From NCBI RefSeq assembly GCF_963921235.1, contig NC_086097.1:248126001-248190000 (forward strand): a stretch of DNA of 64,000 bases, given 5' to 3'. The notes under the pieces are model-generated. The model saw only the letters and a program-made list of their open reading frames with translations, did not search any database and was not told where the DNA came from. The position numbers and the translations under genes are program-made. Positions within the stretch are counted from its first letter, which is position 1. The number at the start of each line of letters is the position of its first letter. Below are positions 25,091-36,689 of this stretch, piece after piece. The DNA comes from Mobula hypostoma (lineage: Eukaryota).

Positions 25091-25974
25091 GGGTGTGGGC
25101 CGGGTGTCAGGGCAGGGGGTGGTGCGGGTGCAGACACACCCAGCTCTGAGACAAGGCAAGGTCATTTGATTCCAAACATTTGGTTTCTTGATAATTATAG
25201 AACGTCTCTCTGGTGCTTCTCATTCCCTCCTCTCTCCCCTTTTCCAAACCCTGATTCCTCTCTCCCTGCCCCCTTCCGCCTCGCAGTCCACAATACAGAC
25301 CCGTATCAGAATCAGGTTCATCATCTCTCACACATGTCGTGACATTTGATGTTTTTTGTAGTAGCAGTGCAGAGCAATACGTAAAATCGCTACAGTACTG
25401 TGCAAAAGTCTTAGTAAATTGATTATCAAAGTACAGATGTCAGCAAATATGACCCTGAGATTCATTTGCTTGTGGGCATTTTCAGTGGAACAAAGAATTG
25501 TGATCAAATTAATGAAAAACCATTTGCAAAGACTGATAAGCCACCAACGTGCAAAAGAGGACAAGCTGTGCAAATACAAATAATAGTAATAATAAATAAA
25601 TAGATGGATAATAGACAAGTAATGAGTCCTTGCAACTGAGTCCGTAGGTTGTGGACAGAATCTGGTTATTAGCACTGACGTGGAGTATGTTGTGAATTTT
25701 ATGGCAGCGGTGGAGTGCAAAACAGAAAATGTACTCTAAGTTACAATGAGAAATAAATATTGGCCTCCATTAGTCGGGCCATCCATGGATGTTACTTCCT
25801 AGTTGACTACATGACACGTAAGGCAGTATGCAGGCCAGGGCAGTAGGATATGCTGTCGCTCCTGCAGCAGTCTGATCAATCCACAGGAGCGGCAGAGGCC
25901 GATACAGTCTGGCAGCAGTGGCATTGCAGGAGTTGCCTGTCAGCGTTGAGCTCAGTGTAGGACTGCCTCAAAAG

Positions 25975-28900
25975 CATAAGACCATAAGATATAGGAGCAG
26001 AAGTGGGCCATTTGGCCCATCGAGTCTGCTCCACCATTCATGGGCTGATCCAATTCTTCCAGTCATCCCCACTCTCCTGCCTTCACCCCATACCCTTTGA
26101 CACCCTGGCTAATCAAGAACCCACAGCCGCTCGTGGCAACAAATTCCACAGATTTACCATCTTCATTACCTCTAGAAATGAGTGCCAACATTGCATTCAC
26201 CTTCTTCACAACTGACTCAACCTGGAGGTTAACCTTTAGAGTATCTTGCACAAGGACTCCTAAGTCCCTTTGCATCTCTGCATTTTGAATTCTCTCCCCA
26301 TCTAAATAATAATCTGCCCGTTTATTTCTTCAACCAAAGTGCATGACCATACACTTTCCAACATTGTATTTCATTTGCCACTTGTTTGCCCATTCCACTA
26401 AACTATCTAAGTGTCTCTGCAGGCTCTCTATTTCCTCAACACAACCCGTTCCTCCACCTATATTTGTATCATCAGCAAATTTAGCCACAAATCCATTAAT
26501 CCCATAATCCAAAACATTTGACATACATCATAAAAAGCAGCGTTCCCAACACTGTCCCCTGTGGAACACCACTGGTAACCGGCAGCCAGCCAGAATAGGA
26601 TCCTTTTATTCCCACTCTCTGTTTTCTGCCGACCAGCCAATGCTCCATCCATGCTAGTAACTCCCCTGTAATTCCATGGGCTGTCATCTTGGTGAGGACA
26701 ATATGAGTGAGGTTGATGTTCTGGAGCATGTTGATATTAAGGGAGAGGAGGTGTTGGAGTTGTTAAAATACATTAGGACAGATAACTCCCCGGGGCCTGA
26801 CGGAACATTCCCCAGGCTACTCCACAAGGTGAGAGAAGAGATTGCTGAGCCCCTGGCTAGGAACTTTATGTCCTTATTGTCCACGGGAATGGTACCGGAG
26901 GATTGGAGGGAGGCGAATGTTGTTCCCTTGTTCAAAAAAGGTAGTAGGGATAGTCTGGGTAATTATAGACCAGTGAGCCTTATGTCTGTGGTGGGAAAGC
27001 TGTTGGAAAAGATTCTTAGAGATAGGATCTATAGGCATTTAGAGAATCATGGTCTGATCAGGGACAGTCAGCATGGCTTTGTGAAGGGCAGATCATGTCT
27101 AACAAGCCTGATAGAGTTCTTTGAGGAGGTGACCAGGCATATAGATGAGGGTAGTGCAGTGGATGTGATCTATATGGATTTTAGTAAGGCATTTGACGAG
27201 GTTCCACATGGTAGGCTTATTCAGAAAGTTAGAAAGCATGGGATCCAGGGAAGTTTGGCCAGGTGGATTCAGAATTGGCTTGCCTGCAGAAGGCAGAGGG
27301 TGGTGGTGGAGGGAGTACATTCATATTGGAGGATTGTGACTAGTGGTGTCCCACAAGGATCTGTTCTGGGACCTCTACTTTTCGTGATTTTTATTAACGA
27401 CCTGGATGTGGGGGTAGAAGGGTGGGTTGGCAAGTTTGCAGACAACACAAAGGTTGGTGGTGTTGTAGATAGTGTAGAGGATTGTCAAAGATTGCAGAGA
27501 GATATTGATAGGATGCAGAAGTGGGCTGAGAAGTGGCAGATGGAGTTCAACCCAGAGAAGTGTGAGGTGGTACACTTTGGAAGGATAAACTCCAAGGCAG
27601 AGTACAAAGTAAATGGCAGGATACTTGGTAGTGTGGAGGAGCAGAGGGATCTCGGGGTACATGTCCGCAGATCCCTGAAAGTTGCCTCACAGGTGGATAG
27701 GGTAATTAAGAAAGCTTATGGGGTGTTAGCTTTCCTAAGTCGAGGGATAGAGTTTAAGCGTCGCGATGTAATGATGCAGCTCTGTAAAACTCTGGTTAGG
27801 CCACACTTGGAGTACTGTGTCCAGTTCTGGTCACCTCACTATAGGAAGGATGTGGAAGCATTGGAAAGGGTACAGAGGAGATTTACCAGGATGCTGCCTG
27901 GTTTAGAAAGTATGCATTATGATCAGAGATTAAGGGAGCTAAGGCTTTACTCTTTGGAGAGAAGGAGGATGAGAGGAGACATGATAGAGGTGTACAAGAT
28001 AATAAGAGAAATAGATAGAGTGGATAGCCAGCGCCTCTTCCCCAGGGCACCACTGCTCAATACAAGAGGACATGGCTTTAAGGTAAGGGGTGGGAAGTTC
28101 AAGGGGGATATTAGAGGAAGGTTTTTTACTCAGAGAGTGGTTGGTGCGTGGAATGCGCTGCCTGAGTCAGTGGTGGAGGCAGATACACTAGTGAAGTTTA
28201 AGAGACTACTAGACAGGTGTATGGAGGAATCTAAGGTGGGGGCTTATATGGGAGGCAGGGTTTGAGGGTCGGCACAACATTGTGGGCCGAAGGGCCTGTA
28301 CTGTGCTGTACTATTCTATGTTCTATGTTCTATGTTAAACAGCCTCATGTGCAGCACCTTGTTAAAGGCCTTCTGAAAATCCAAGTACACCATATCTTCT
28401 GCATCTCCTTTGTCTACCCTGCTTGTAATTTCCTCAAAGACTTACAGTAGGTTTGTCAGGCAGGATTTTCCTTTCAGGAAACCATGCTGGCTTTGGCCTA
28501 TCTTGTCATGTGCCTCCAGGTACTCCATACTCTCATACCTAACAATCGATTCCAACAACTTCCCAACCACTAAAGACAGGCTAACAGGTCTATAGTTTTC
28601 TTTCTGCTGCATCCCACCCTTCTTAAATAGCGAACATTTGCAATTTTCCAGTCATCTGGTACAATTCCAGAATCTATCATTTCTTGAAAGATCATCGTTA
28701 ATGCCTCCGCAATCTCTCCAGCTACTTCCTTCAGAACCCGAGGGTGCATTTCTTCAGGTCCAGGAGATTTATCCACCCTCAGACCATGAAGCTTCCTGAG
28801 CACTTTCTCAGTCGTAATTTTCACTGCACAAACCTCACTTCCCTGACACTCTTTAATGTCCGGTATACTGCAGATGTCTTCCACTGTGAAGACTGATGCA

Positions 28901-29680
28901 AAGTACGCGTTCAGTTCCTCTGCCATCTCTGCATCTCTCATTGGTCCTATATCTACTCTCAACTCTCTTTTACCCTTTATACACTTAAAAAAGCTTCCAG
29001 TATCTTCTTTGATATTAGTCGCAAGCTTCCTCTCATAATTCATCTTTTCCTTCCTAATGACCTTCTTAGTGTCCTTCTGCAAGTTTTTAAAAGCTTCCCA
29101 ATCCTCTATCTTCCCACTAGCTCTGGCTTCTTGGTATGCCCTCTCTTTTGCTTTTACTTTGGCTCTGACTACACTTGTCAGCCACGGTGATGTCCTTCTT
29201 TCCTTTGAAAATTTCTTCTTATTTGGAATATATCTGTCTTGCACTTCCCTCATTTTTCGCAGAAACTCCAGCCATTTGCTGCTCTGCTGTCCTTCCTGCA
29301 AATGTCCCTTTCCAGTCAACTTCAGCCAGTTCCCCATTATAATTTCCTTTATTTCCACTGAAATACCGACACATTGGATTTTATTTTTTCCCTCTGAAAT
29401 TTCAATGTGAACTCGATCATATTGTGATCACTGTTCCCAAGGGGTTCCTTAACCTTAAGCTCTCTTATCACCTCTGGATCATTGCACAACACCCAATCCA
29501 GCACAGCTGATCCCCGAGTAGGCTCAGCAACAAGCTGTTCTGAAATGCCATCTCTTAGACATTCTACAAATTCTCTCGCTTGAGGTCCAGTACTGGCCTG
29601 GTTTTCCCAATCCACTTTCATGTTAAAATCCCCAGTGATTATCGTGACATTGCCTTTCTGACACACCTTTTCTATCATGA
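25975..29680 (-). mobile_element. CR1 LINE ORF2 (endonuclease, RT, 3' end), split by a younger CR1
   Basis: GDFNMKVDW, LDWVLCN, SDHNMIEF, FASVFT, VAKFADDT. The host sequence atcttg|ttaaacagcc rejoins across 26691/28335. Confidence 0.92.
26692..28334 (+). mobile_element. Young 5'-truncated CR1 LINE with an uninterrupted RT and C-terminal frame
   Basis: Open frame to 28265 containing the RT subdomains ([35 protein letters not shown]); (TTCTATG)n tail; no endonuclease domain. Confidence 0.95.
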
Positions 29681-29889
29681 CTTCTGCTCTGGATTTTTCC
29701 TCAGGATTTACTCCCAAAGCCTTCCCCATGAGTGGGTACAGCTGCAAGGCAACGGAGTTTTCCTTCCCCTAGGCGAGCTGCTAACCACGGCTGACAAGCC
29801 CCATTGTCCAAGAGCTATATATATATAAATAAATATATGATATGAAAATATAAATAGGTAGTGGAGAAAGAGAGCAAAAGGGGAGGAGA

Positions 29890-30560
29890 AAACACAGCAC
29901 GTGCGGCCGCTCCGAATGATATCGTATTTGTTAAATAGGGGCCGTACACAACACTGATTTGATGGAGACGGACGTGAGAAGCATGGAGGAACATCTGGAG
30001 AAACTTCTGAAATGCCCGCTTCGCTGCAGCTGCTACTGTGCGATCGAGAATCTCCGGAGGGGAAGGACCCAAATCCTCGGCTTTGCCTATTGCCTGTTGC
30101 CAGGGCCGGGGTCGAAGCGCCCGGCAGAGATTGTGCTCGGTGTTCGGTGCTCGGTGTTGGAGAGCTGGTCGGAGGCTCTAAGTTTTTGGACGGACTCGGA
30201 GTCGGACTGTGGTCGGTGCTTCCAGGATGCTGCATCGGCAAGTTTGCGGCGCTGGAAGCTCATGGCAGGGAGAGTTTCTCCCTTCAACCATCTGCGTGAG
30301 ATGATGGGACTTTCGAGAGACTTTGAGACTTTTTTTTAACTGTGCCCATGGTCTGTTCTTCATCAAATTATGGTATTGCTTTGCACTGTTGTAACTATAT
30401 GTTATAATTATGTGGTTTTTGTCAGTTTTTTAGTCTTGGTTTGTCTTGCGTTTCTGTGATATCATTCTGGAGGAACAAATTGTATCATTTCTTAATGCAT
30501 GCATTACTAAATGACAAGATGACAATAAAAGAGGACTGCCTGTCCTCATAATCTAATCTA
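29890..30560 (+). mobile_element. CpG-rich non-coding retroposon with a LINE-like 3' tail
   Basis: CpG-rich body, then an AT-rich tail with aataaa ending in (ATCTA)n. No recognisable protein. Left boundary uncertain. Confidence 0.5.
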
Positions 30561-31289
30561 AAAAATAGTGAGGTAGTTTTCATCGGTACATGGCCATTCA
30601 GAAATCTGTTGGCAGAAAGTAAAAAGCTGTTTCTGAAACACTGAGTGTGTGTTTTCAGGCTCGATACTCTACGTCTCTACTGAGTGTAAATGCTATTTCT
30701 AAGTTTTCATTTAGAATGAATCAAAGCGAGCTCTACATCTTCCCCTCTGGAGAGGTTGATAGTCACACACACTGACAGTTTCTTCTGATTAGGAATGCAT
30801 GTCATGACTCATACACCATGCACCGTAAGAACTAATTCCTGACACGATATTTCTTCTTGAACTGGTAATTTTTGGCTCCCTTCCCCTATAAATGAGTGAC
30901 TCATACAAAATCACAGTGTTTATTAAAATTACATTGCAGTCCTGATAATGCCATTCAACTGTTAACTCAAACAGGGCAGAGGTCTAGTAAATGTGCAGTC
31001 ATTTGTGTAAATTCACCACTGTAAAATGGTGCTAGACGCGATTATCTAATCAAAACCCAGTTCAAGTCCTACTGTGACCTGTTGATAAGGAGATTGCCAA
31101 AAGGTTAAATACCCTGTAGAGCTGAACAAAGATTAATATTAAGTTGATAAATAAGTCAGTAGTGGCTGTAATGCTGAAACGGCAACCCTAATGAAATAAA
31201 CTAGCCTTTAAATAGTTGAACTAAAATGCAAATTACAATAACATCGTCAATCCTTTTGCAGATTTTTGCCTTTTTTTCCTGTCCGATTG

Positions 31290-31655
31290 ATATGTGGGTG
31301 ATGGTGTTCCTTTCCATGACCACGATTGTTCTTGGCAACGTTTTCTACAGAAATGGTTTGCCATTGCCTTTGTCTGGGCAGTGCCTTTACAAGACGGGTG
31401 TCCCCAGCCATTATCAATACTCTTCAGAGATTGTCTGCCTGGTGTCAAGTGGTCACATAACCAGGACTTGTGATCTGCACCGGCTGCTCGTACGACCATC
31501 CACCTCCTGCTCCCATGGCTTCATGTGACCCTGATCAGTGGGTGGGGGAGGGCTAAGCAGATACTACACCTCGTGGAAGGGTGACCTGCAGGGTAGTGGA
31601 GGGAAGGAACGCCTTACACCTCCTTGGTCGAAACATATCTCCACCCTGCCACCCA
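31290..31655 (-). mobile_element. RTE/BovB-related non-autonomous retroposon
   Basis: Contains the complement of aaggcaatggcaaacca...ttgccaagaac (BovA/BovB-like end). Further copies at about 48300-49065 (split by CR1), 50430-50660 and 54285-54715 (+). Confidence 0.65.
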
Positions 31656-31864
31656 ATATTGATCTGTAATGATTTAAATTTAAATATAAGACCAAGTTGT
31701 TGTTTTATATTTATATTTATTGGTTCTTTTTTTTGTCATTTCTATTGTGTTCTTTAGCTTATTGCAATTTTTTATGCTGCTTCGGATTCAGAGTAACAAT
31801 TATTTTGTGCACCTTGATACTGAGGTACAGAAGAATGACAATAAGCAGTCTTGAATCAGGAATG

Positions 31865-32548
31865 CTGAATGTCGATTGTGAACTTTAGGCAGTGCAAACC
31901 TGGAGAACACACAGATGTTCTCATCTATGGCTCAGGAGAGGAAAGGGTGAGCAGCTTCAAGTTCTTGTGTGTCGATATCTCTGGAGATCTACATTCTAAT
32001 GTAATTACCAAGAAGGCATGCCAGCAGCTGCATTTCATTAGCAGATTGAGGAGAGTTAGTGTGTCATCACAGATCTATTGTGGAGAGCATCCTGACTGGT
32101 TACATCACCCTCTGGTATGGAGGGGCCACTGCAGAGGAACAGAAAAAGCTGCAGAAAGTTGTAAACCCAGCCAGCTCCATCATGGGCACTAAACTCCCCA
32201 GCATCCAGGATATCTTCAAAAGTTAATGCCTCAAAAAGGCAACATCCATCATTAAGGACCAGCATCACCCAGAACCTGCCATCTGCTCATTGCTACCATC
32301 AAGGAGGTGGTACAGAAGCCTGAAGGCACACTCTCAACGTTTCAGGAATAGCTTCTTCCCCTCTGACGTCAGATTTCTGAATGAACAATTAACTCACTGC
32401 TTTGCTTTTTTGTTTGCACTGTTTATTTATTTTTAGTTTCTTATTGTGATATAAGTCATTTTCATCTATTTCTTTGTAATGCTGCCACAAAACAACAAAT
32501 TTCATGACATATGTCAGTGATAATAAAAATGATTCTGATTTCGATTCT
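31865..32548 (+). mobile_element. Rex1/Babar-type LINE 3' part
   Basis: ERVSSFKFL, KKACQQLHFISRL, IIKDQHHP and a (GATTCT)n-like tail. Confidence 0.8.
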
Positions 32549-32859
32549 AAATACTATTACAATCCTCCCAGTGTGGGGCTCTTTTATTTTCATTTGTGAC
32601 AAATATCTAATTTCCCTTATTCACTCATTTTCTCCCTCCCACTGTCAAACGTGTTTCGTGTTTTTCGTTAATGATTGGAGAAGCCTTGTAACTGACAAGT
32701 GGCCGCACAGCAAGAGAAACCCAAAATGATTTTGTCGCAGAGCTTGGGGCTCGTTCCAGGTGCAAAAACGATTGCCCGTGCTTCTGACGCACTGAGGGTC
32801 GGAAAAGAAGGAACTCCGACTGCCGCAGTGATTGTAGTCCCCAAGCATCTCAGGCCTGA

Positions 32860-34120
32860 ACACTTTGAATTTAAGAGCAGGAGGTTATGCTGCAACTCTA
32901 CAGGGTACTGGTGAGGCCTCACCTGGAGTACTGTGTGCAGTTCTGGTCTCCTTAAGCAACACACATCAAAGTTGCTGGTGAACGCAGCAGGCCAGGCAGC
33001 ATCTCTAGGAAGAGGTACAGTCGTCGTTTCGGGCCGAGACCCTTCGTCAGGTCTAACTGAAGGAAGAGTTAGTAAGAGATTTGAAAGTGGGAGGGGAAGG
33101 GGGAGATCCAAAATGATAGGAGAAGACAGGAGGAGGAGAGATGGAGCCAAGAGCTGGACAGGTGATTGGCAAAAGGGATATGAGAGAATCATGGGACAGG
33201 AGGCCCAGGGAGAAGGAAAAGGGGGAGGGGGGGAAAACCCAGAGGATGGGCAAGGGGTATAATCAGAGGGACAGAGGGAGAAAAAGGAGAGAGAGAGAAA
33301 GAATGTGTGTATATAAATAAATGACGGATGGGGTATGAGGGGGAGGTGGGGCATTAGCAGAAGTTTGAGAAGTCAATGTTCATGCCATCAGGTTGGAGGC
33401 TACCCCTATCCCTTTTGCAATCACCTGTCCAGCTCTTGGCTCCATCCCTCCCCCTCCTGTCTTCTCCTATCATTTTGGATCTCCCCCTCCCCCTCCCACT
33501 TTCAAATCTCTTACTAGCTCTTCCTTCCGTTAGTCCTGACGAAAGGTCTCGGCCCGAAATGTCGACTGTACCTCTTCCTAGAGATGCTGCCTGGCCTACT
33601 GTGTTCACCAGCAACTTTGATGTGTGTTGCTTGAATTTCCAGCATCTGCAGAATTCCTCGTGTCTGGTCTCCTTACTTGAGGTGGTGCTGAGGAGGCCTG
33701 GGACTGTACTCACTGGAATTCAGAAGAATGAGAGGAAATCTTATATAAACATACAAGGTTATGAAAGGGATGGATAAGATGGAGGCAGGAAAGTTGTTTC
33801 CACTTATAGGTGAGACTAGAACTAAGGGACATAGCCTCAAGATTTGGGGGAGTAGACTAGGGCAGATATGAGGAGGAGGAATAGCTTTTCCCAGAGAGTG
33901 GTGGATCTGTGTTATTCTCTGCCCATTGAAACAGTAGAGGCTATCTCAGTAAATATATTTAAGACAAGGTTGGATAGATTTTTGCATAGTAGGGGAATTA
34001 AGGGTTATGGGGAAAAGGCAGGGAGGTGGAGATGAGTCCATGGTCAGATCAGCCATGATCTGAGTGAATGGCAGAGCAGGCTCGACGAGCTAGATGGCTG
34101 ACTCCTGCTCCTGTTTCTTA
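32860..34120 (+). mobile_element. CR1 3' end interrupted by a Penelope-like insertion
   Basis: LVRPHLEYCVQFWSP(Y)L is split at 32954/33676. Confidence 0.85.
32955..33662. mobile_element. Penelope-like fold-back insertion (inverted pLTRs)
   Basis: 13-bp TSD tctggtctcctta (32942-32954, 33663-33675); inverted arms at about 32955-33181 and 33407-33632. Confidence 0.9.
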
Positions 34121-34510
34121 CATTAGAACATAGAACAGGGAAATCTACAGCGCATTACAGGCCCTTTGGCCCACAATGTTGTGCCGACCATGTAACCTAC
34201 TCTAGAAACTGCCTAGAATTTCCCTACTGCATAGACCTCTATTTTTCTAAGCTCCATGTACTTTTTTTCTAAACTCTAAGAGTCTCTTAAAAGACCCTGT
34301 TGTATCCGCCTTGACCACCTTCACTGGCAGTGCGTTCCACACACCTACCACTCTTTGTGTGAAAAACTTACCTCTGACATCCCCCTTGTACCTACTTCCA
34401 AGCACCTTAAAACTATGCACCCTTGTGTTAGCTATGTTCTTATGTTCTTCTCCTCTGCCACCGGATTTCTGAACAGATCATCAAAGTTCAAAGGAAATTT
34501 TATGATCAAA

Positions 34511-34825
34511 AAGGCATCTGTTAGTCTTGCGAGACCATGGATCTGCGCCTGGAAAGTCTTCACTCTCCAGGGAGCAGGCCTGGGCAAGGTTGTATGGAAG
34601 ACCAGCAGTTGCCCATGCTGCAAGTCTCCCCTCTCCACGACACCAATGCTGTCCAAGGGAAGGGCATTAGGACCCATACAGCTTGGCACTAGTGTCGTTG
34701 CAGAGCAATGTGTGATTAAGTGCCTTGCTCAAGGACACAACCATTGCCTCGGCTGGGGGCTCGAACTCATGACCTTCAGGTCCCATGTCCAATGCCAACA
34801 CTGGGCCAAGTGGTTAAGGCATTGG
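34511..34825 (-). mobile_element. tRNA-derived SINE (same family as 9568-9887) with an inverted 5' head
   Basis: Reverse complement of 9590-9876; the A-box segment ggccaagtggttaaggcattgg lies in + orientation at 34804-34825. Confidence 0.85.
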
Positions 34826-34994
34826 TCAGGGTACATATATATCACCACATACATCCCTGACATTCTCGCCACTCACTTTATGCTCTCTTTTTGCTCTACT
34901 TATTTATTTTTTATATTTCCTAATTTAACTTATAGCAGTTTTTTAAACACTAGAAAATCTGCAGATGCTGGAAGCCTTGAACCACATACCCAAA

Positions 34995-36245
34995 ATGATC
35001 CACTGCAATTTGCCTATTGTCACAATAGATCTACAGCAGTTGTGATCACAATGGCCCTCCACGCAGGCCCGGATCACCTGGACAATGCAAGCACCTGCAT
35101 CAGGGTGCTGTATATTGAGTATAGCTGTATAGCTAGTATTTAACACCATCATTCCGACAGTCCCGATCAAACCTTGCCTCTGTACCTCCTTCCACAACTG
35201 GATCCTTGACTCCCTAACCAGAAGACCACATTCTGTGTGGATTGGAGATAGCATCTCCACCTCACAGACAACTAACATTGGCGCACCACAGGGATGTGTG
35301 CTTAGTCCACTGCTCGAATCTCTCTGTACCCATGACTGTGTGGCTAGGAATAGCTCAAACAGCAGCTATAAATTTGCTGATGATATGACCATTGTTGGCA
35401 GAATTTCAGATGGTAACGAAAGGGCGTACAGGAGTGAAATATACCAGTTAGTTGAGTGGTGTCACAGCAACAACCTGGCACTCAACGTCAACAAGACCAA
35501 AGAGCTGATTGTGGACTTCAGGAAGGGAAGCAAGGGAACACAAATCAATCCTCATAGAGGGATCAGAAGTGGAGAGAGTGAACAATTTCAAGTTTCTGGG
35601 TGTCAATTCACGGCACATTGATGTAGCTACAAAAGCAAGGCGGAGGCTATATTTCATAAGGAGTTTGAGGAGATTTGGTTTGTCAACTAAAACTCCCGAA
35701 AACTTCCACAAATGTACCATGGGGAGCATTCTGACTGGCTGCATCACCACCTGGTATTGGGGAGGGGGGAGGGCGGGTAGGGGGGGGCGCGGATGCACAA
35801 GATAGAAATAAGTCGCAGAAACTTGTAAAAGTGTTTAGCTCTATCATGGGTCCCAGCCTCCAGAGTAACCAAGATATCTTCAAGGAGTGGTGACTTAGGA
35901 CGTGGTGTTCACGATTAAGGATCCCAACCACCCAGGACGTGTCCTCTTCAGACTGTTACTATCGGGAAGAAGGTACAGAAGCCCAAAGGCACACACTCAA
36001 CAGCTTCTTCCCCTCTGCCATCAGATTTCTAAATGGACATTGAACTCACGAACACTACCTCACTACTTTTTTATTGCTGTTATCTTCGCACTTCTTGTTT
36101 CAACTACTTAATAGACATACATAAGCTTAATGTAACTCAATTTTTTTCTCTATATTGATTTATCATATATTTCATTGCACTACTGCTGTAAAGTTAACAA
36201 ATTCCACAACATATGCCAGTGATATTTAATGTAATTGTGATTCTG
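34995..36245 (+). mobile_element. Rex1/Babar LINE RT and 3' end
   Basis: DPLQFAYCHNRST, GAPQGCVLSPLL, KFADDMTIVG, LNVNKTKELIVDFR. Confidence 0.9.
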
Positions 36246-36628
36246 AAAATGCTGGAGGAACTCACAGGTCAGGCAGCATCCATGGAACTGAACAGATAGC
36301 CAACGTTTCAGGCCGACACCCTTCGTCAAGACTGAAAAGGAAGGGGGAAGACGCCAACATAAAAAGGTGGGGGAGGGGAAGGAAGATAGCTGGAGGGTGA
36401 TAGGAGAAGCCGGCTGGGTGGGAAAGCTAAAGGGCTGGAGAGAAAGGAATTTGATAGGAGAGGAGAGTAGACCATAGGAGAAAAGGAAGGAGGACAGAAC
36501 CCAGGGGAAGTAATAGGCAGATGAGGGGAGGTAAAGGGTCAGAGTGGTGAATAGAAAAAGTGAGCGGGGGGGAATTTGTTTATCGGAATGAGTAATCAAT
36601 ATTCACACCATCAAGTTGGAAGCTACCC
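36246..36628 (-). mobile_element. Penelope-like 3' end/pLTR
   Basis: aaaatgctggaggaactc...cgtttcaggccgacacccttcgtcaagactg followed by a purine tract. Confidence 0.75.
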
Positions 36629-36689
36629 TCCTATTCCCAAATGCGTTTGCTTCCAACAAGAGGGTGATATTGAGTACAGGAATTGGATT

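Noticed and set aside
26676..28265. 529-aa ORF as a host gene
   Set aside because: It is CR1 RT. The ATG and first five codons come from the antisense host CR1, there is no endonuclease, and the catalytic motif is mutated.
32668..33777. Low-complexity Pro/Ser/Leu- or Gly/Arg-rich ORFs
   Set aside because: Translations of the purine/pyrimidine tracts of Penelope pLTRs; the same peptides recur at several loci.
34355..35143. 262-aa ORF
   Set aside because: Chance read-through across a CR1 end, an antisense SINE, a pLTR piece and Rex1.
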